A stretch of DNA of 64,000 bases from Nitrospirota bacterium (GTDB taxonomy: Bacteria; Nitrospirota; UBA9217). Location of the stretch: positions 320,001 through 384,000 of the forward strand of contig CAWCKW010000013.1 in NCBI GenBank assembly GCA_963796285.1. The letters are read 5' to 3'. This document shows, piece by piece, positions 44,679 to 55,469 of this stretch (positions within the stretch are counted from its first letter, which is position 1; each line of letters opens with the position of its first letter). The position numbers and the translations under genes were made by a program. Under the pieces are notes generated by a model that saw only the letters and a list, made by a program, of their open reading frames with translations, was not told the DNA's origin and ran no database searches.

Positions 44679-45007
44679 CTCCGGAGAAACTGTACGAGAT
44701 CCTGTCCAACTATGCCGAGTCGCAGGGCATCCGCCTGAATAAGGACAAACCTTTCGTCATGGACATCATGCAGGGTCTGCTCACGAACGAGGCCCGGTAC
44801 GGCTATCGTTCCTGCCCCTGCCGTCTTGCCTGGGGCGTGAAGGACAAGGACGCGGACATCATCTGCCCCTGCGTGTATCGAGATCCCGATGTCAAGGAGT
44901 TCGGAAGCTGCTACTGCGGTCTCTACGTGTCGGTTCCCTGGAACGAAGAAAAGATAGAACACAAGCAGGTGCCGGAGCGAAGACCGAAAGGAAAAAGGGC
45001 CACATAG
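44675..45007 (+). CDS. Ferredoxin-thioredoxin reductase catalytic subunit
   Basis: CPCR...CPC...CYC motifs; ATGA overlap with redoxin. Confidence 0.9.
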   Translation: MTPEKLYEILSNYAESQGIRLNKDKPFVMDIMQGLLTNEARYGYRSCPCRLAWGVKDKDADIICPCVYRDPDVKEFGSCYCGLYVSVPWNEEKIEHKQVPERRPKGKRAT

Positions 45008-45062
45008 AACCATCTCACCCCGGGACGCAGAGGAAATCACGCAAAGCAAAAGTTAAAAAACG

Positions 45063-45123
45063 TTTGACGGGACTACGGGACAATATCTGATGAAATCCTG
45101 TACGTCCTGCTATTCCGTCCAAA
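45063..45123. repeat. Degenerate intergenic palindrome
   Basis: tttgacgggactacgggac ... gtcctgctattccgtccaaa. Confidence 0.45.
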
Positions 45124-45147
45124 TCATTTTTGAAAGGTTTCAGTAGA

Positions 45148-45540
45148 ATGAAGAAAAAAGATAAGAGCAAAAAGAAGCAGGACATGCCGGAGTTTCAATT
45201 CAAAGAATTCACGCCTGAAGAGGGCGCAATATACGAAGACGCGGTGAACAAGTTCCGCGAAGCGATCTCCGCGGGGAAAACACTCCGGCAGGCCTATGAG
45301 AGTTTTACTGTCGATGACAAGGAACTTGAGGCGATCATTCAGGCCGATTTTTTAAAGATCATGATCGCCGAACGTCACTTTGCGCAGCAGCAGTCTCTCG
45401 AGGATGTCGCCAAAGCCCTTGATGTTTCTCTCGATCTGGTCAAGGACACCCACGGGCGGATGCTGCAGGAAGTGGGCGTCAGCGCTGCCGACCAATTCAG
45501 CCGTGAGCACGGCGGTATCACCCCGAAGACGAACGACTGA
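45148..45540 (+). CDS. Hypothetical protein
   Basis: 130-aa ORF with host-like codon usage. Confidence 0.7.
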   Translation: MKKKDKSKKKQDMPEFQFKEFTPEEGAIYEDAVNKFREAISAGKTLRQAYESFTVDDKELEAIIQADFLKIMIAERHFAQQQSLEDVAKALDVSLDLVKDTHGRMLQEVGVSAADQFSREHGGITPKTND

Positions 45541-45624
45541 GACAACCCTTTTCGTTGCCAAGACACACAGGGCGCGGAGTTTTTAACCCTGGATACGAAA
45601 TCTTGACTCATTCGCCGACAACCA

Positions 45625-46536
45625 TTACAGCCGGTTGAGGTCCTGATGCTCATCTGCATGGGGATTGATATGGATCATGACGTCCCCAACATTCATTGCG
45701 TGTTCAAAGATTAGCTTCTTCACGGCTGTGGCGATTGCATGGGATTCGCGCACGGTCATCTCGGGATTCATGTCGAGCTTGAGGTCCACGATCAGATACT
45801 GGCCCGACCTGCGGCAGCGTATCTCGTGGACATGATCGACGCCCGCCACCCCTTCAGCGATCTTCCTGATCTCCTCCAGATAATTGTCGTCCGGTTTGCC
45901 GTCCATGAGATCGTGGGCCGCACCCATGAAGGTCTTATAGCCGATGTGGAAAATAAAGAGCGAGGTGATCCCCGCGGCTATGGGATCCATCACGGTGAGG
46001 CCGAAGAACGCGCCGGTGACGCCCACAAGGGTGCTCACCGACGTGATCGCGTCCTTCCGATGGTCTTTGGCAATGGCCAGTATGGCCGGGCTGCCAAGTT
46101 TTTTGCCCGCGGTGATGGAATACCGGTAGAGGGCCTCTTTCGTGATGATCGTGAGAAAGGCGGCGGCCACTGCCATGGCGGCGGGGACCTCATACACACC
46201 GTCAATGACGGCGTGGACGGACCGGACAAGGATCCAGCCGCCCGTGGAGAAGATGACGAGGGACACGATGACGGCTGAGATGCTCTCGGCTTTGCCATGT
46301 CCATACGGATGCGTTTCGTCAAAGGGGCGGCTGCCGATGCGCAGGGCGATCATGCTCGACCCCAGGGCGATGAAGTCCGCGGCGCTTTCCATGCCATCGG
46401 CAAAGACCGCCTCAGATCTGCCGAAATAACCCGCGAGCAGTTTCATGATCATCAGTCCGGCGTTCACCCAGAACCCGATCTTAATGACCCTTCCCGCGTT
46501 TCCGAACCGTTCGCTTCGTTCCAAAGAGATCTCCAC
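45625..46536 (-). CDS. Cation diffusion facilitator transporter
   Basis: SEAVFADGMES, HPYGHGKAE, DHRKD, IHINP. Confidence 0.92.
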   Translation of the reverse strand: MEISLERSERFGNAGRVIKIGFWVNAGLMIMKLLAGYFGRSEAVFADGMESAADFIALGSSMIALRIGSRPFDETHPYGHGKAESISAVIVSLVIFSTGGWILVRSVHAVIDGVYEVPAAMAVAAAFLTIITKEALYRYSITAGKKLGSPAILAIAKDHRKDAITSVSTLVGVTGAFFGLTVMDPIAAGITSLFIFHIGYKTFMGAAHDLMDGKPDDNYLEEIRKIAEGVAGVDHVHEIRCRRSGQYLIVDLKLDMNPEMTVRESHAIATAVKKLIFEHAMNVGDVMIHINPHADEHQDLNRL

Positions 46537-46613
46537 TGTTTATCCGGTCAGCCGTAGAATTGCGGCACGCCCTGCCCGCAAACCAAGCCAACCGGGCATG
46601 CTTGAACATGCCC

Positions 46614-46808
46614 TATATCCTTGGGTGATTCGCCTCCCTGGATGTGGCGGCTAATAGCTCTTTGTCGCAGTTCCTCTTCCATTGGCGCTCTCCTTTGGTA
46701 ATTCTGAATAAGGAGAGCATGATAGCACCAATCTGGACCGAGGGTCTTGCCGATAGCAAAAACTGGATTTCGGGTAACCGATGTCTTGACACATCCGGGT
46801 AACCGTCA
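46614..46808 (-). mobile_element. Truncated IS fragment (IS481-like end and transposase N-terminus)
   Basis: Repeated CGGTTACCCG around TGTCAAGACA; AAGGAG then MEEELRQRAISRHIQGGESPKDI from 46682; family assignment from memory. Confidence 0.45.
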
Positions 46809-46978
46809 CTATTCATTAAGGCATGAGGTTACAATAACTGAGCTAAAATGGCAAGAACTTAGAAACGTTTGCAAGGCTTGGAAGTAACCATTGTTCCTGT
46901 TGGAAATTTATAGTAGAATTCGCCGATACGATAAAGAATAAAAGCAGCGCAAAATCCGGCGATCGAACACGGGATGCT

Positions 46979-47668
46979 ATGGAAAACGATACAACAGACA
47001 ATCAACTGGCCCTTCACTTTCACCATTCAGAGTTGTCTTTCCGGCAGTATATTGAGGAAGGCGTCAATAAGCCCGTGGCCGTCGTTTTCACTGGAAATTC
47101 TACGAGCATGCTCTCGGCGCGGATGGATGACGGCGTTCTGCGCGTTCGGCTTCACCGGATGTTTCTTCATGCTGACAGCCGGGTGATGAACGAGATCGTC
47201 TCGTATCTGAAAAGCAAAAGCGGCAAAATGCCTCATTTCCGAAGCTTTGTCCGCGACAACAGAGAGCAGCTCATCCTAAAACCGCCGAAAAAAGTTCCCG
47301 TCAGGACCGCGGGCAAATTTCACGATCTTTGCGGATACTACGACGAGATCAACAAGGAATACTTCGGGGGCATGGTCAACGCTGTGATCACCTGGGGTTC
47401 GAGAAGCCCGCGCTGCGCCGTGAGAAAAAGGACCCTCGGAAGCTACAGCGAACGGTCGCACACGATCAGGATAAATCCAATGCTCGACAAGAAGACCGTC
47501 CCCCGCTACTATGTCGCATTCGTCGTCTACCATGAAATGTTGCACGCCGCATTGGGGATCTCTCTCCGGGGGAAAAGAAGGAGCGTCCATTCCCGGGAAT
47601 TCAGACAAAGAGAAAAACTTTTCAAGGATTGTGAAAAGGCGATGGCATGGGAAGGCGGGAGAATATGA
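46979..47668 (+). CDS. SprT/M48-like zinc metalloprotease domain protein
   Basis: LGSY, IRINP, HEMLH, VHSREF. Confidence 0.8.
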   Translation: MENDTTDNQLALHFHHSELSFRQYIEEGVNKPVAVVFTGNSTSMLSARMDDGVLRVRLHRMFLHADSRVMNEIVSYLKSKSGKMPHFRSFVRDNREQLILKPPKKVPVRTAGKFHDLCGYYDEINKEYFGGMVNAVITWGSRSPRCAVRKRTLGSYSERSHTIRINPMLDKKTVPRYYVAFVVYHEMLHAALGISLRGKRRSVHSREFRQREKLFKDCEKAMAWEGGRI

Positions 47669-47681
47669 GCGGAGAATAGTT

Positions 47682-47709
47682 CTGATCGGACTCGACCCGC
47701 AAGTTGGAC
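47682..47709 (-). other. Half attC-like site after rsgA
   Basis: TCCAACTTGCGGGTCGAGTC, 18/20 identical to start of the site at 35608-35589. Confidence 0.55.
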
Positions 47710-48779
47710 TACTGGTCACTTTTATTATGATGTTTCATTGCATTCTTGACGAACTGTCCGAACTTCTTGTCCTTTCTTCGCTTTTCAACATAGGACAGCT
47801 CATTATATTCAGATTCTTTCATCAGCTTCAAATAGCTCTGATATCGATCCGCTTGTAATGTGCCATTTTCAATTGCGTTTAGTAGTGCGCAACCGACTTC
47901 CTGGGTATGAGTGCAATTGGTAAAACGGCAGGTTTTTGAAAGGCGCCAAATATCAGCAAAGCTTTCCTGAAGACCTGAGCTGACGCCGATATTCCCCAGT
48001 TCCCTCATTCCAGGGGTGTCGATCAGCATTGCACCTTGATCAAGGACGATAAGTTGGCGCTGCGCTGTCGTGTGTTTGCCCTTTCCGTCGCTTGCACGGA
48101 CGGTGTTTGTCTCGAATAAATCGCGGCCTATAATATGGTTCAAGAGCGTTGTTTTGCCCACTCCGGAAGACCCAACCAGACAATAAGTTTTGCACGGCTC
48201 CAGTAATTGACGCACTTGATCCACTCCGAAGCCGGTCACGTTGCTGAGCGGAAGGATTTTGCATTTGATGTTGGCTTGACGAACCTCTGATATTCTTTGC
48301 TCCAGCTTCTCGGGGCTGACGAGGTCGCTTTTTGTCAGGAGCAGTATCGGTTCAATGTGTCCTTCGTTTACCATTACGAGGTAGCGCTCCAGCCTGCGCA
48401 GATTGAAATCTAAATCGCAGGCTTGGACGATTAAGGCAGAATCTATATTGGCCGCGATCATCTGATAGTCGATTTTTTTACCTGGGGTTTTTCTCCGTAA
48501 AAAAGATTTGCGTGGGAGAAGACCATGGATGATGGCAAAGGTATCATCGTTGTGAAACTGGACAAGTGCCCAATCACCTACTGCAGGAAGATCTATGCTC
48601 GACTCAGCGGAGTAAATAAAACTTCCTGCTAATTCAGCAAGAACTTCGCTGTTATTATTTCTTACGAGGTAGCTGTCCTTATGGACCGCAGTCACGCGAG
48701 CCACAGTGCAGTCTGGTCTCAGCGCCTTCGATCTTTTGTCTTCAAACCACTGATCAAATCCGAGCGTTATAAGTTCCAT
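47709..48779 (-). CDS. rsgA: Ribosome small subunit-dependent GTPase A
   Basis: TKSD, GSSGVGKTT, GKHTT, DTPGMRE, CRFTNCTHTQEVGC; lower GC than neighbours. Confidence 0.93.
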   Translation of the reverse strand: MELITLGFDQWFEDKRSKALRPDCTVARVTAVHKDSYLVRNNNSEVLAELAGSFIYSAESSIDLPAVGDWALVQFHNDDTFAIIHGLLPRKSFLRRKTPGKKIDYQMIAANIDSALIVQACDLDFNLRRLERYLVMVNEGHIEPILLLTKSDLVSPEKLEQRISEVRQANIKCKILPLSNVTGFGVDQVRQLLEPCKTYCLVGSSGVGKTTLLNHIIGRDLFETNTVRASDGKGKHTTAQRQLIVLDQGAMLIDTPGMRELGNIGVSSGLQESFADIWRLSKTCRFTNCTHTQEVGCALLNAIENGTLQADRYQSYLKLMKESEYNELSYVEKRRKDKKFGQFVKNAMKHHNKSDQ

Positions 48780-48784
48780 ATTAA

Positions 48785-48893
48785 GCCTAACCAATGATTG
48801 AGTAATTTCCCCGACATTATCGGAAAATATAGAGCAAGTCAAGCTGTATGAAAAACGAACTGACATCCCCCCGGATATTACACATAGTTATGC
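48785..48893 (-). other. attC-like site upstream of rsgA
   Basis: GCATAAC...GTAATATCC ... GGAAATTAC...GTTAGGC, ending 5 nt before rsgA ATG. Confidence 0.55.
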
Positions 48894-49067
48894 GGTCGCA
48901 TAATATTCCAATTGCATACTTGGTGACAACTACTCATCTACACATGATCGTTATTCCATCGGACATTTTGGCTTCAATATGAGGTCGTTCGCATCAAACA
49001 GGCCATTTCTGAGTCTATGACTTTTATGGCTAAACAGTTTTCCGCATTTCCGGGTTAAGAATATGAT

Positions 49068-49095
49068 GAAAAAGGCAGCCATTATGGCTGCCTTT
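49068..49095 (-). terminator. Terminator after guaA
   Basis: AAAAAAGGCAGCCAT-T-ATGGCTGCCTTT. Confidence 0.85.
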
Positions 49096-49133
49096 GAAAT
49101 CGTTACGCACTGCTTGCTCGCTGTCTTCTCCCT

Positions 49134-50705
49134 TTACTCCCACTCGATCGTGCTCGGCGGCTTGGACGAGATGTCGTAGACCACGCGGTTCACGCCTTTG
49201 ACTTCGTTGATGATCCGGTTCGACATGATGCCCAGGAGTTCATAGGGGATCTTCGCCCAGTCCGCGGTCATGCCGTCCTGGCTCGTGACCGCGCGGATGG
49301 CGACAACATTCTCGTACGTCCGTTCGTCTCCCATGACGCCCACGGTCTTGATCGGGAGCAGCACGGCAAAGGACTGCCAGATCTCCTTGTACAAACCGGC
49401 CTTCTTAATTTCCTCTATCACGATAGCATCGGCCTCGCGCAGAAGGCTGGTCCGTGCCTCGGTCACCTCACCGAGGATGCGGATGGCAAGGCCCGGTCCC
49501 GGGAAAGGCTGACGATCGATGATATCGTCGGGCATCTTCATCTCGCGGCCGATAGCTCGCACTTCGTCCTTGAATAATTCCCGCAGCGGCTCCACCAGCT
49601 TCAGCTTCATCTTCTCCGGCAAACCGCCCACGTTGTGATGAGACTTGATGATCGCCGACGGGCCCTTGAACGAGACGCTTTCGATCACATCGGGATAGAG
49701 CGTGCCCTGGACCAGGAACTCTGCCCCTCCGACTGCCAGGGCTTCCCGCTCGAACACATCGATAAAGGTATTGCCGATGATCTTTCGCTTCTTCTCAGGG
49801 TCCTCGACCCCTTTCAGCTTGGTGAGAAATTCCGCCGATGCATCGACGTACTTGAGGTTCAGCCCCATATCCTTGAACGTATGCTGCACCTTTTCAGCTT
49901 CGTCCTTGCGGAGAACGCCGTTGTTCACGAAGATACAGGTAAGCTGTTTGCCGATGGCCTTGTACACAAGCACTGCGGCAACCGAGGAGTCCACACCACC
50001 GGAAAGGCCGCACACGGCCTGCTTGTTCCCCACGGCCTTCCGTATCTCACCAACGGAATAGTCAACGAACGACGCCATGGTCCAGGTCGGCTCGCATTTG
50101 CAGATCGTGTACACGAAATTTCTGAGGATCTGCACTCCCTGGGGCGTATGCGCAACTTCGGGGTGGAACTGGACGCCGAAGAATTTTTTCTTTTCATCCG
50201 CCATGGCAGCGGTCGGAGAATTGTCGGTGTGGGCAATGGCTGAGAACCCCGCCGGCATTTTCTCGATCCGGTCGCCGTGGCTCATCCATACGACAGCTCG
50301 CAGATCAGAGTTCGGGATTCCGGATTTTAATCCAATGCCGTTGAACAGACCGGCCGCGTTGTCGATGATCAGCTCCGCCCTGCCGTACTCACGCTTTGCG
50401 GACTTTGCCACCTGTCCGCCAAGCACATGGGTCAGAAGTTGCATGCCGTAGCAGATGCCGAGCACCGGAATGCCGAGTTCGAGGTGCGCCTTGTCGATGA
50501 GCGGCGCGCCGGCATCGTACACGCTCGACGGCCCGCCGGACAGGATCAGGCCCTTCGGCCGGAACGCCTTGACCTTTTCAAGGCCTGCATTGTAGGGGAA
50601 GATCTCGCAGTAGACCTTGGCCTCGCGCACCCTGCGGGCGATAAGCTGGGTGTACTGAGACCCGAAGTCGAGAATGAGTATTCGTTCACTATGAATGTCG
50701 GACAC
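49134..50705 (-). CDS. guaA: GMP synthase (glutamine-hydrolysing)
   Basis: [44 protein letters not shown]. Confidence 0.98.
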   Translation of the reverse strand: MSDIHSERILILDFGSQYTQLIARRVREAKVYCEIFPYNAGLEKVKAFRPKGLILSGGPSSVYDAGAPLIDKAHLELGIPVLGICYGMQLLTHVLGGQVAKSAKREYGRAELIIDNAAGLFNGIGLKSGIPNSDLRAVVWMSHGDRIEKMPAGFSAIAHTDNSPTAAMADEKKKFFGVQFHPEVAHTPQGVQILRNFVYTICKCEPTWTMASFVDYSVGEIRKAVGNKQAVCGLSGGVDSSVAAVLVYKAIGKQLTCIFVNNGVLRKDEAEKVQHTFKDMGLNLKYVDASAEFLTKLKGVEDPEKKRKIIGNTFIDVFEREALAVGGAEFLVQGTLYPDVIESVSFKGPSAIIKSHHNVGGLPEKMKLKLVEPLRELFKDEVRAIGREMKMPDDIIDRQPFPGPGLAIRILGEVTEARTSLLREADAIVIEEIKKAGLYKEIWQSFAVLLPIKTVGVMGDERTYENVVAIRAVTSQDGMTADWAKIPYELLGIMSNRIINEVKGVNRVVYDISSKPPSTIEWE

Positions 50706-50837
50706 GGGAAACCCCTTTCGCGCTGAAAAACTGGAGGATATTATATCAGGATGTCGGCCACTGTCAATCGGAGATTAGGCCCGGAATAGCCAAAACTCGC
50801 CTTGACAATGCGCGCGCTCTCCGTTTATTATCAAGAT

Positions 50838-51596
50838 ATGACCCACAAGGCATATCAAAAGTTGCAGGATACGGCGCTGAAGCTTGCACAAAGCCTGCCC
50901 CGTCCCTTGTTCTACGGGGAGCACCGCTCACATGTCCGGCGCGCTGAAGAGACCCTCGGAAGCAACGAGTTTATCCGGAAATGTCGTGCCTTTCTCGATG
51001 AATCCCGGCTGGAGTGCGCCCACGGTCTCTGCCACTGCGAGGCCGTTGCCCGCGACGCAGGGACCATCATGCTGATCGAGGCAGAGGCCTTGAACATGGC
51101 ACAAGCGGATATTGAGACCCTCTTCACTGCGTCCATCATCGCTGGCCTTCTGCATGATATCAAGCGCAAAGAGCAGGACCACGCTGTGCGGGGAAGTATT
51201 GAAGCGGAAAAAATCCTCTCGAAGCTCGGCATGGGCCTGCGGGAACGGCAGTATATCGCCGATGCCATACGAAATCACGAAGCGTTCCAGGAGACCTTTG
51301 ATCGGGACGATATGGCCGGCAGGCTGGTAAGCGATGCGCTCTATGACGCGGACAAGTTCAGATGGGGCCCGGAGAACTTCAGCATGACGCTGTGGCTGAT
51401 GGTAACAGAGCACAACACGCCGTTAGAATCGCTGCACCGGACCTTCCGGGAGAAGATGAAGGGAATCGAAAAGATCAAGGAGACCTTCCGGACCGCAACC
51501 GGCAAACGGTACGGCCCGGAATTCATTGACCAGGGGCTTGCTATTGGCAATACGCTCTATAAAGAGATGACCGAGATGCTTCAGGCCGGCAGTTAG
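50838..51596 (+). CDS. HD-domain protein
   Basis: HGLCH, LLHD, IRNHE, YDADK. Confidence 0.85.
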   Translation: MTHKAYQKLQDTALKLAQSLPRPLFYGEHRSHVRRAEETLGSNEFIRKCRAFLDESRLECAHGLCHCEAVARDAGTIMLIEAEALNMAQADIETLFTASIIAGLLHDIKRKEQDHAVRGSIEAEKILSKLGMGLRERQYIADAIRNHEAFQETFDRDDMAGRLVSDALYDADKFRWGPENFSMTLWLMVTEHNTPLESLHRTFREKMKGIEKIKETFRTATGKRYGPEFIDQGLAIGNTLYKEMTEMLQAGS

Positions 51597-51647
51597 GAGT
51601 ATGTTCTCCTGACTCTTCCTGACTCCTGACTCCTGACTCCTGACTCT
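51593..51647. repeat. Intergenic period-7 repeat (GACTCCT)n
   Basis: gactcct gactcct gactcct gactctt with a short complementary aggagt arm. Confidence 0.8.
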
Positions 51648-52553
51648 TTACTCCTGTTCCTTGTTCTGTTGCCCATACACTTTCCTCAGCACCGCGTCAG
51701 ACCGGTCCTTGCGCGCCTCGGCGACCCCGTCCCTGATCGTGAGCGTCTCCTCCGCGAACATCGCCGACCGGAGCCACTCATACCCAAGCTTTAAAAGTTC
51801 CGCATCGTCGGTCCGGATCTTCTCGACCCGCGCGGCGGGGATATCGTAGGTTTCAAGGAAGCTGCTCCCGAACACGAATTCCCGGAAATAGTCGGTATTG
51901 GTGCTGACCATAAAGAACATCTGGTTTTTGATCTCAGGGAACTCCCTCTCGCCAAAGGACTTCTTCTTGATCAGGATCTCCATCCAGCCGCGGTTCATAT
52001 CGTCGTAGAGGTCCGCCCCCTGGTCCTTGCGCCACTCCGCAATGGTCCAGTCCTTGTCCTCTTCGAATCCTTTGCAGTGGTCTTCCTTGACCATGAAGTA
52101 AAACTCGTCCTTGCCTCCCACCGCGTCCTTTTTCCTGAGCGTGGCCATACCCACGGGATAGTAGCGGCAGTTGCTCGGCCGGTCCTCATACACCGTGCAG
52201 CCGTCAGGCGTCACGAAGGGACAGCTCTTTTTTTCATCCTTACCCATCTTGAGAATGATCACCGGGAGCAGCGTCTTGGCCAGGATCTCGATATCGCAAT
52301 ACGTGTTGATGAAGTCCTCTGTCGTCATGCCGAGCCGCTTTCTGAGCCTCAGAAGGTCATAGGGCGGCAGGACGATATTGATATTGCTGCAGCAGGCGGT
52401 AAAGCACCTGACCCCCTTGTGGCAGCGGAACTTGAACCTGCTGTTCTCTGTCAGCTTGATCGGCACGACCTTGTCGCTCTTGCTCTTTTTCAAAGGGCTG
52501 ATATCGTCATCGAAATCATCGGGTTGTTTTTCTTTTTTCTTCTTGTCTTTCAT
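51648..52553 (-). CDS. YkgJ-family cysteine-cluster protein
   Basis: CHKGVRCFTACC, CPFV...CTVYEDRPSNCRYYP, HCKG. Confidence 0.88.
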   Translation of the reverse strand: MKDKKKKEKQPDDFDDDISPLKKSKSDKVVPIKLTENSRFKFRCHKGVRCFTACCSNINIVLPPYDLLRLRKRLGMTTEDFINTYCDIEILAKTLLPVIILKMGKDEKKSCPFVTPDGCTVYEDRPSNCRYYPVGMATLRKKDAVGGKDEFYFMVKEDHCKGFEEDKDWTIAEWRKDQGADLYDDMNRGWMEILIKKKSFGEREFPEIKNQMFFMVSTNTDYFREFVFGSSFLETYDIPAARVEKIRTDDAELLKLGYEWLRSAMFAEETLTIRDGVAEARKDRSDAVLRKVYGQQNKEQE

Positions 52554-52579
52554 GTTACCCTCTCAGCTTTTTGCTTTTA

Positions 52580-52612
52580 TATTCCGCAATCCGCAATCCG
52601 AATTCCGCAATT
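52580..52612. repeat. Intergenic period-7 repeat (AATCCGC)n
   Basis: attccgc aatccgc aatccga attccgc aatt. Confidence 0.7.
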
Positions 52613-52615
52613 AGT

Positions 52616-53110
52616 TCACTTCATCCATCCCTGTATCTCATGATGCTGCTTTATGAAAAGCTCCACACCTTCGTGGTCAGGACCAAGGATCTCCTTGAAC
52701 CGCACGAGCGCTTCATAAAACGGCATCTCTCGTACGCCGCTGATCAGATTATCGGCATAGGAGACGATCTTCTCTTCATTTGTCAGCGGTAAATAATCTT
52801 TTCGAGGTAGTCCGAGACGCTCTGCCTCGGTCGCAGTAATGCCCGCTCCGATGTGTCGCTCGATGATAAGCACGAGCGACGTTGAAAATCCGTGCTGCCG
52901 CGCAATCTCGGCCCCTGCAACGGCATGGCCAATGCCATGCGTCCTGGACCTGCCGATGTCATGGAACAATCCGCCCTGTCTGACCAGTTCCCGGTCGACA
53001 GGCGTCTTGATCCTCCCGGCAAGGGAAAGCGCTGCGTTTGAAACGGCAGTGCAGTGCGCCACAACATCCGTGGAGCAACCGGCGTTTATCAACAGGTCTA
53101 CGTCTTGCAT
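52616..53110 (-). CDS. HDIG-domain metal-dependent phosphohydrolase
   Basis: HDIGR, ERHIGAG, EEKIVSYADNL. Confidence 0.88.
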   Translation of the reverse strand: MQDVDLLINAGCSTDVVAHCTAVSNAALSLAGRIKTPVDRELVRQGGLFHDIGRSRTHGIGHAVAGAEIARQHGFSTSLVLIIERHIGAGITATEAERLGLPRKDYLPLTNEEKIVSYADNLISGVREMPFYEALVRFKEILGPDHEGVELFIKQHHEIQGWMK

Positions 53111-53170
53111 GGTACAGGGATATTACCACTTTACCGGCCAATTTCAAACGGAGAATGCCGGCGTCAGCTG

Positions 53171-53205
53171 AAAAAAAAGGCTGCCCCATCAGATGGGGCA
53201 GCCTT
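53171..53205 (-). terminator. Terminator after hppA
   Basis: AAAAAAAAGGCTGCCCCATC-A-GATGGGGCAGCCTT. Confidence 0.9.
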
Positions 53206-53222
53206 GTGAATACGAGTGCTGC

Positions 53223-55301
53223 TTACTTGATCAACGGCACGATCAGGAGCGCAACGATGTTGATGACCTTGATCATCGGGTTGATGGCCGGGCCTGCGGT
53301 GTCCTTGTAAGGATCGCCGACCGTATCGCCCGTTACCGATGCCTTGTGTCCGTCGCTGCCCTTCTTGTGCACGACGCCCTTGCTGTCCGTGACGCCGTCT
53401 TCAAAGGACTTCTTTGCATTGTCCCATGCGCCGCCGCCTGAGGTCATGGCAATGGCCTGGAACAGACCGGTCACGATGGCGCCGATAAGCACGCCGCCCA
53501 GGGCTTCTTTGCCCAGCAGGAGGCCCACCAGAACCGGTACGACCACCGGGAGAAGCGCCGGGAGCATCATCTCATGGATGGCGCTCTTGGTCACGATGTC
53601 AACGCACTTGCCGTACTCCGGCTTGCCGGTGCCTTCCATGATGCCCTTGATCTCGCGGAACTGTCTGCGCACTTCTTCGACCACGCCGCCGGCTGCCTTA
53701 GCAACGGACTCCATCAGGAGCGCGCCGAAGTAGTAGGGGAGCAGGCCGCCGATGAACAGGCCGCAAAGGACCATGGGATTCGAAAGGTCGAACAGGACCG
53801 TGGTGCCGAAGGAGCGTGAATATTCCGAGAACAGCACCAATGCGGCCAGTGCTGCGGAGCCGATTGCATAGCCCTTGGTCACTGCCTTGGTGGTGTTGCC
53901 GACTGCATCGAGGGGATCCGTGATATCGCGGATCGCCTGGGGAAGGCCGGCCATTTCAGCAACGCCGCCTGCGTTGTCCGTGATCGGACCGTAGGAGTCA
54001 ATGGCCACAACGATGCCGGTCATGGAGAGCATGGAAACCGCTGCCAGCGCGATTGCAAAGATGCCGCCCGAGGCAGCGTTTGCCTGGCCGGAGAATCCGC
54101 CGCCGAGCCAGTATGCGCCGAGGATCGAGGCAACGATCACGAGAACCGGTGCCGAGGTGGACTTCATGCTGACTGCGAGTCCGGCGATCACGTTCGTGCC
54201 GTGGCCGGTGAGGCTCGCCTGTGCAATGTGCTGCACCGGGGGATACTCTTTCGCGGTGAAGTACTCGGTGATCCACACGATCAGGCCGGTGAGGGCAAGA
54301 CCGATGAGGGAGATGAAGAACACCGTGTTCGCCGTAAAGACGCCGGCATTCGGGCCGAGGTCGGAGATAAAGCTTTTGGCCACAAAATAGAACGCTATTG
54401 CCGCGATAACGCCTGCAACGGCCAATCCCTTATAGAGGGCGCCCATGATGTAGTTGTTCTTGCCAAGTCTGACGAAGTAGGTGCCTACGATGGAAGCAAT
54501 GATCGAAACAGCGCCGAGCATGAGAGGGAACTCGATCCAGGGGCTGTCCGCGCCGAACACGGTCTTGGCAAGGAGCATGGCGGCCACGAGGGTCACCGTG
54601 TAAGTCTCATAGAGGTCGGCTGCCATACCGGCGCAGTCGCCCACGTTGTCGCCCACGTTGTCGGCGATCACGGCCGGGTTGCGGGGATCGTCTTCGGGGA
54701 TGTTCTTCTCAACCTTACCCACGAGGTCGGCGCCCACGTCAGCGGCCTTGGTGTAGATGCCGCCCGCGATACGGGCGAACACGCTCATGAGCGAGCAGCC
54801 GAAGCCGAGCCCGATAAGCGCGGTGGAGACCTGCTCGGCCGGAGCATAGGTCTTGGCGATGAGGTAAAAACCGGCAAGGCCGATGATGCCAAGGCCCACG
54901 ACCATGATGCCGGTCACGGAGCCGCCCTTGAACGCGAGGCTGAGCGCGGCCTGGAGGCCCTTGCTCGCTGCCGCTGCGGTACGCACGTTGGCACGGAGCG
55001 ACACCCACATGCCGATGAAACCGGCGAGGGCGGAACCTACCGTACCGATGATAAATCCGAGGGCTGCCCACTTCCCGAGTGCGGGAACGAAGAACAGGAT
55101 CCCCACCAGAATTATTGCAACGACTGCTACTGTCTTGTACTCGCGCGCCAGGAACGCATTGGCGCCTTCCTTCACTGCGTTGGAAATATCGATCATTTTC
55201 TGATTGCCTGCATCCTGCTTGTTCACCCAGATCGCGGTCATGATGCCGTAGATGACACCGGCGATGCCGCAGATCAGGGCAAATAAAATCGTGTTACTCA
55301 T
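53223..55301 (-). CDS. hppA: Membrane-bound proton-translocating pyrophosphatase, K+-independent type
   Basis: [39 protein letters not shown]. Confidence 0.95.
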   Translation of the reverse strand: MSNTILFALICGIAGVIYGIMTAIWVNKQDAGNQKMIDISNAVKEGANAFLAREYKTVAVVAIILVGILFFVPALGKWAALGFIIGTVGSALAGFIGMWVSLRANVRTAAAASKGLQAALSLAFKGGSVTGIMVVGLGIIGLAGFYLIAKTYAPAEQVSTALIGLGFGCSLMSVFARIAGGIYTKAADVGADLVGKVEKNIPEDDPRNPAVIADNVGDNVGDCAGMAADLYETYTVTLVAAMLLAKTVFGADSPWIEFPLMLGAVSIIASIVGTYFVRLGKNNYIMGALYKGLAVAGVIAAIAFYFVAKSFISDLGPNAGVFTANTVFFISLIGLALTGLIVWITEYFTAKEYPPVQHIAQASLTGHGTNVIAGLAVSMKSTSAPVLVIVASILGAYWLGGGFSGQANAASGGIFAIALAAVSMLSMTGIVVAIDSYGPITDNAGGVAEMAGLPQAIRDITDPLDAVGNTTKAVTKGYAIGSAALAALVLFSEYSRSFGTTVLFDLSNPMVLCGLFIGGLLPYYFGALLMESVAKAAGGVVEEVRRQFREIKGIMEGTGKPEYGKCVDIVTKSAIHEMMLPALLPVVVPVLVGLLLGKEALGGVLIGAIVTGLFQAIAMTSGGGAWDNAKKSFEDGVTDSKGVVHKKGSDGHKASVTGDTVGDPYKDTAGPAINPMIKVINIVALLIVPLIK

Positions 55302-55469
55302 TATATCTCCTCCTTTTGAATTAAGTGCTATTTAAAATTTCTTTCGTCCATCAGACTTAATAATTTCTTCCCGCCATTTTGCTCCGTTATAAACGATCTG
55401 TTGTGCCTATTCCCTGCCACGTCGAACTTCTTCCGGCATCCCTCCCTCATGAGTTTATAAGATCAGCGC

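Noticed and set aside
45625-46536. Magnetosome MamB/MamM call for the CDF transporter
   Set aside because: No other magnetosome genes nearby; generic CDF motifs only.
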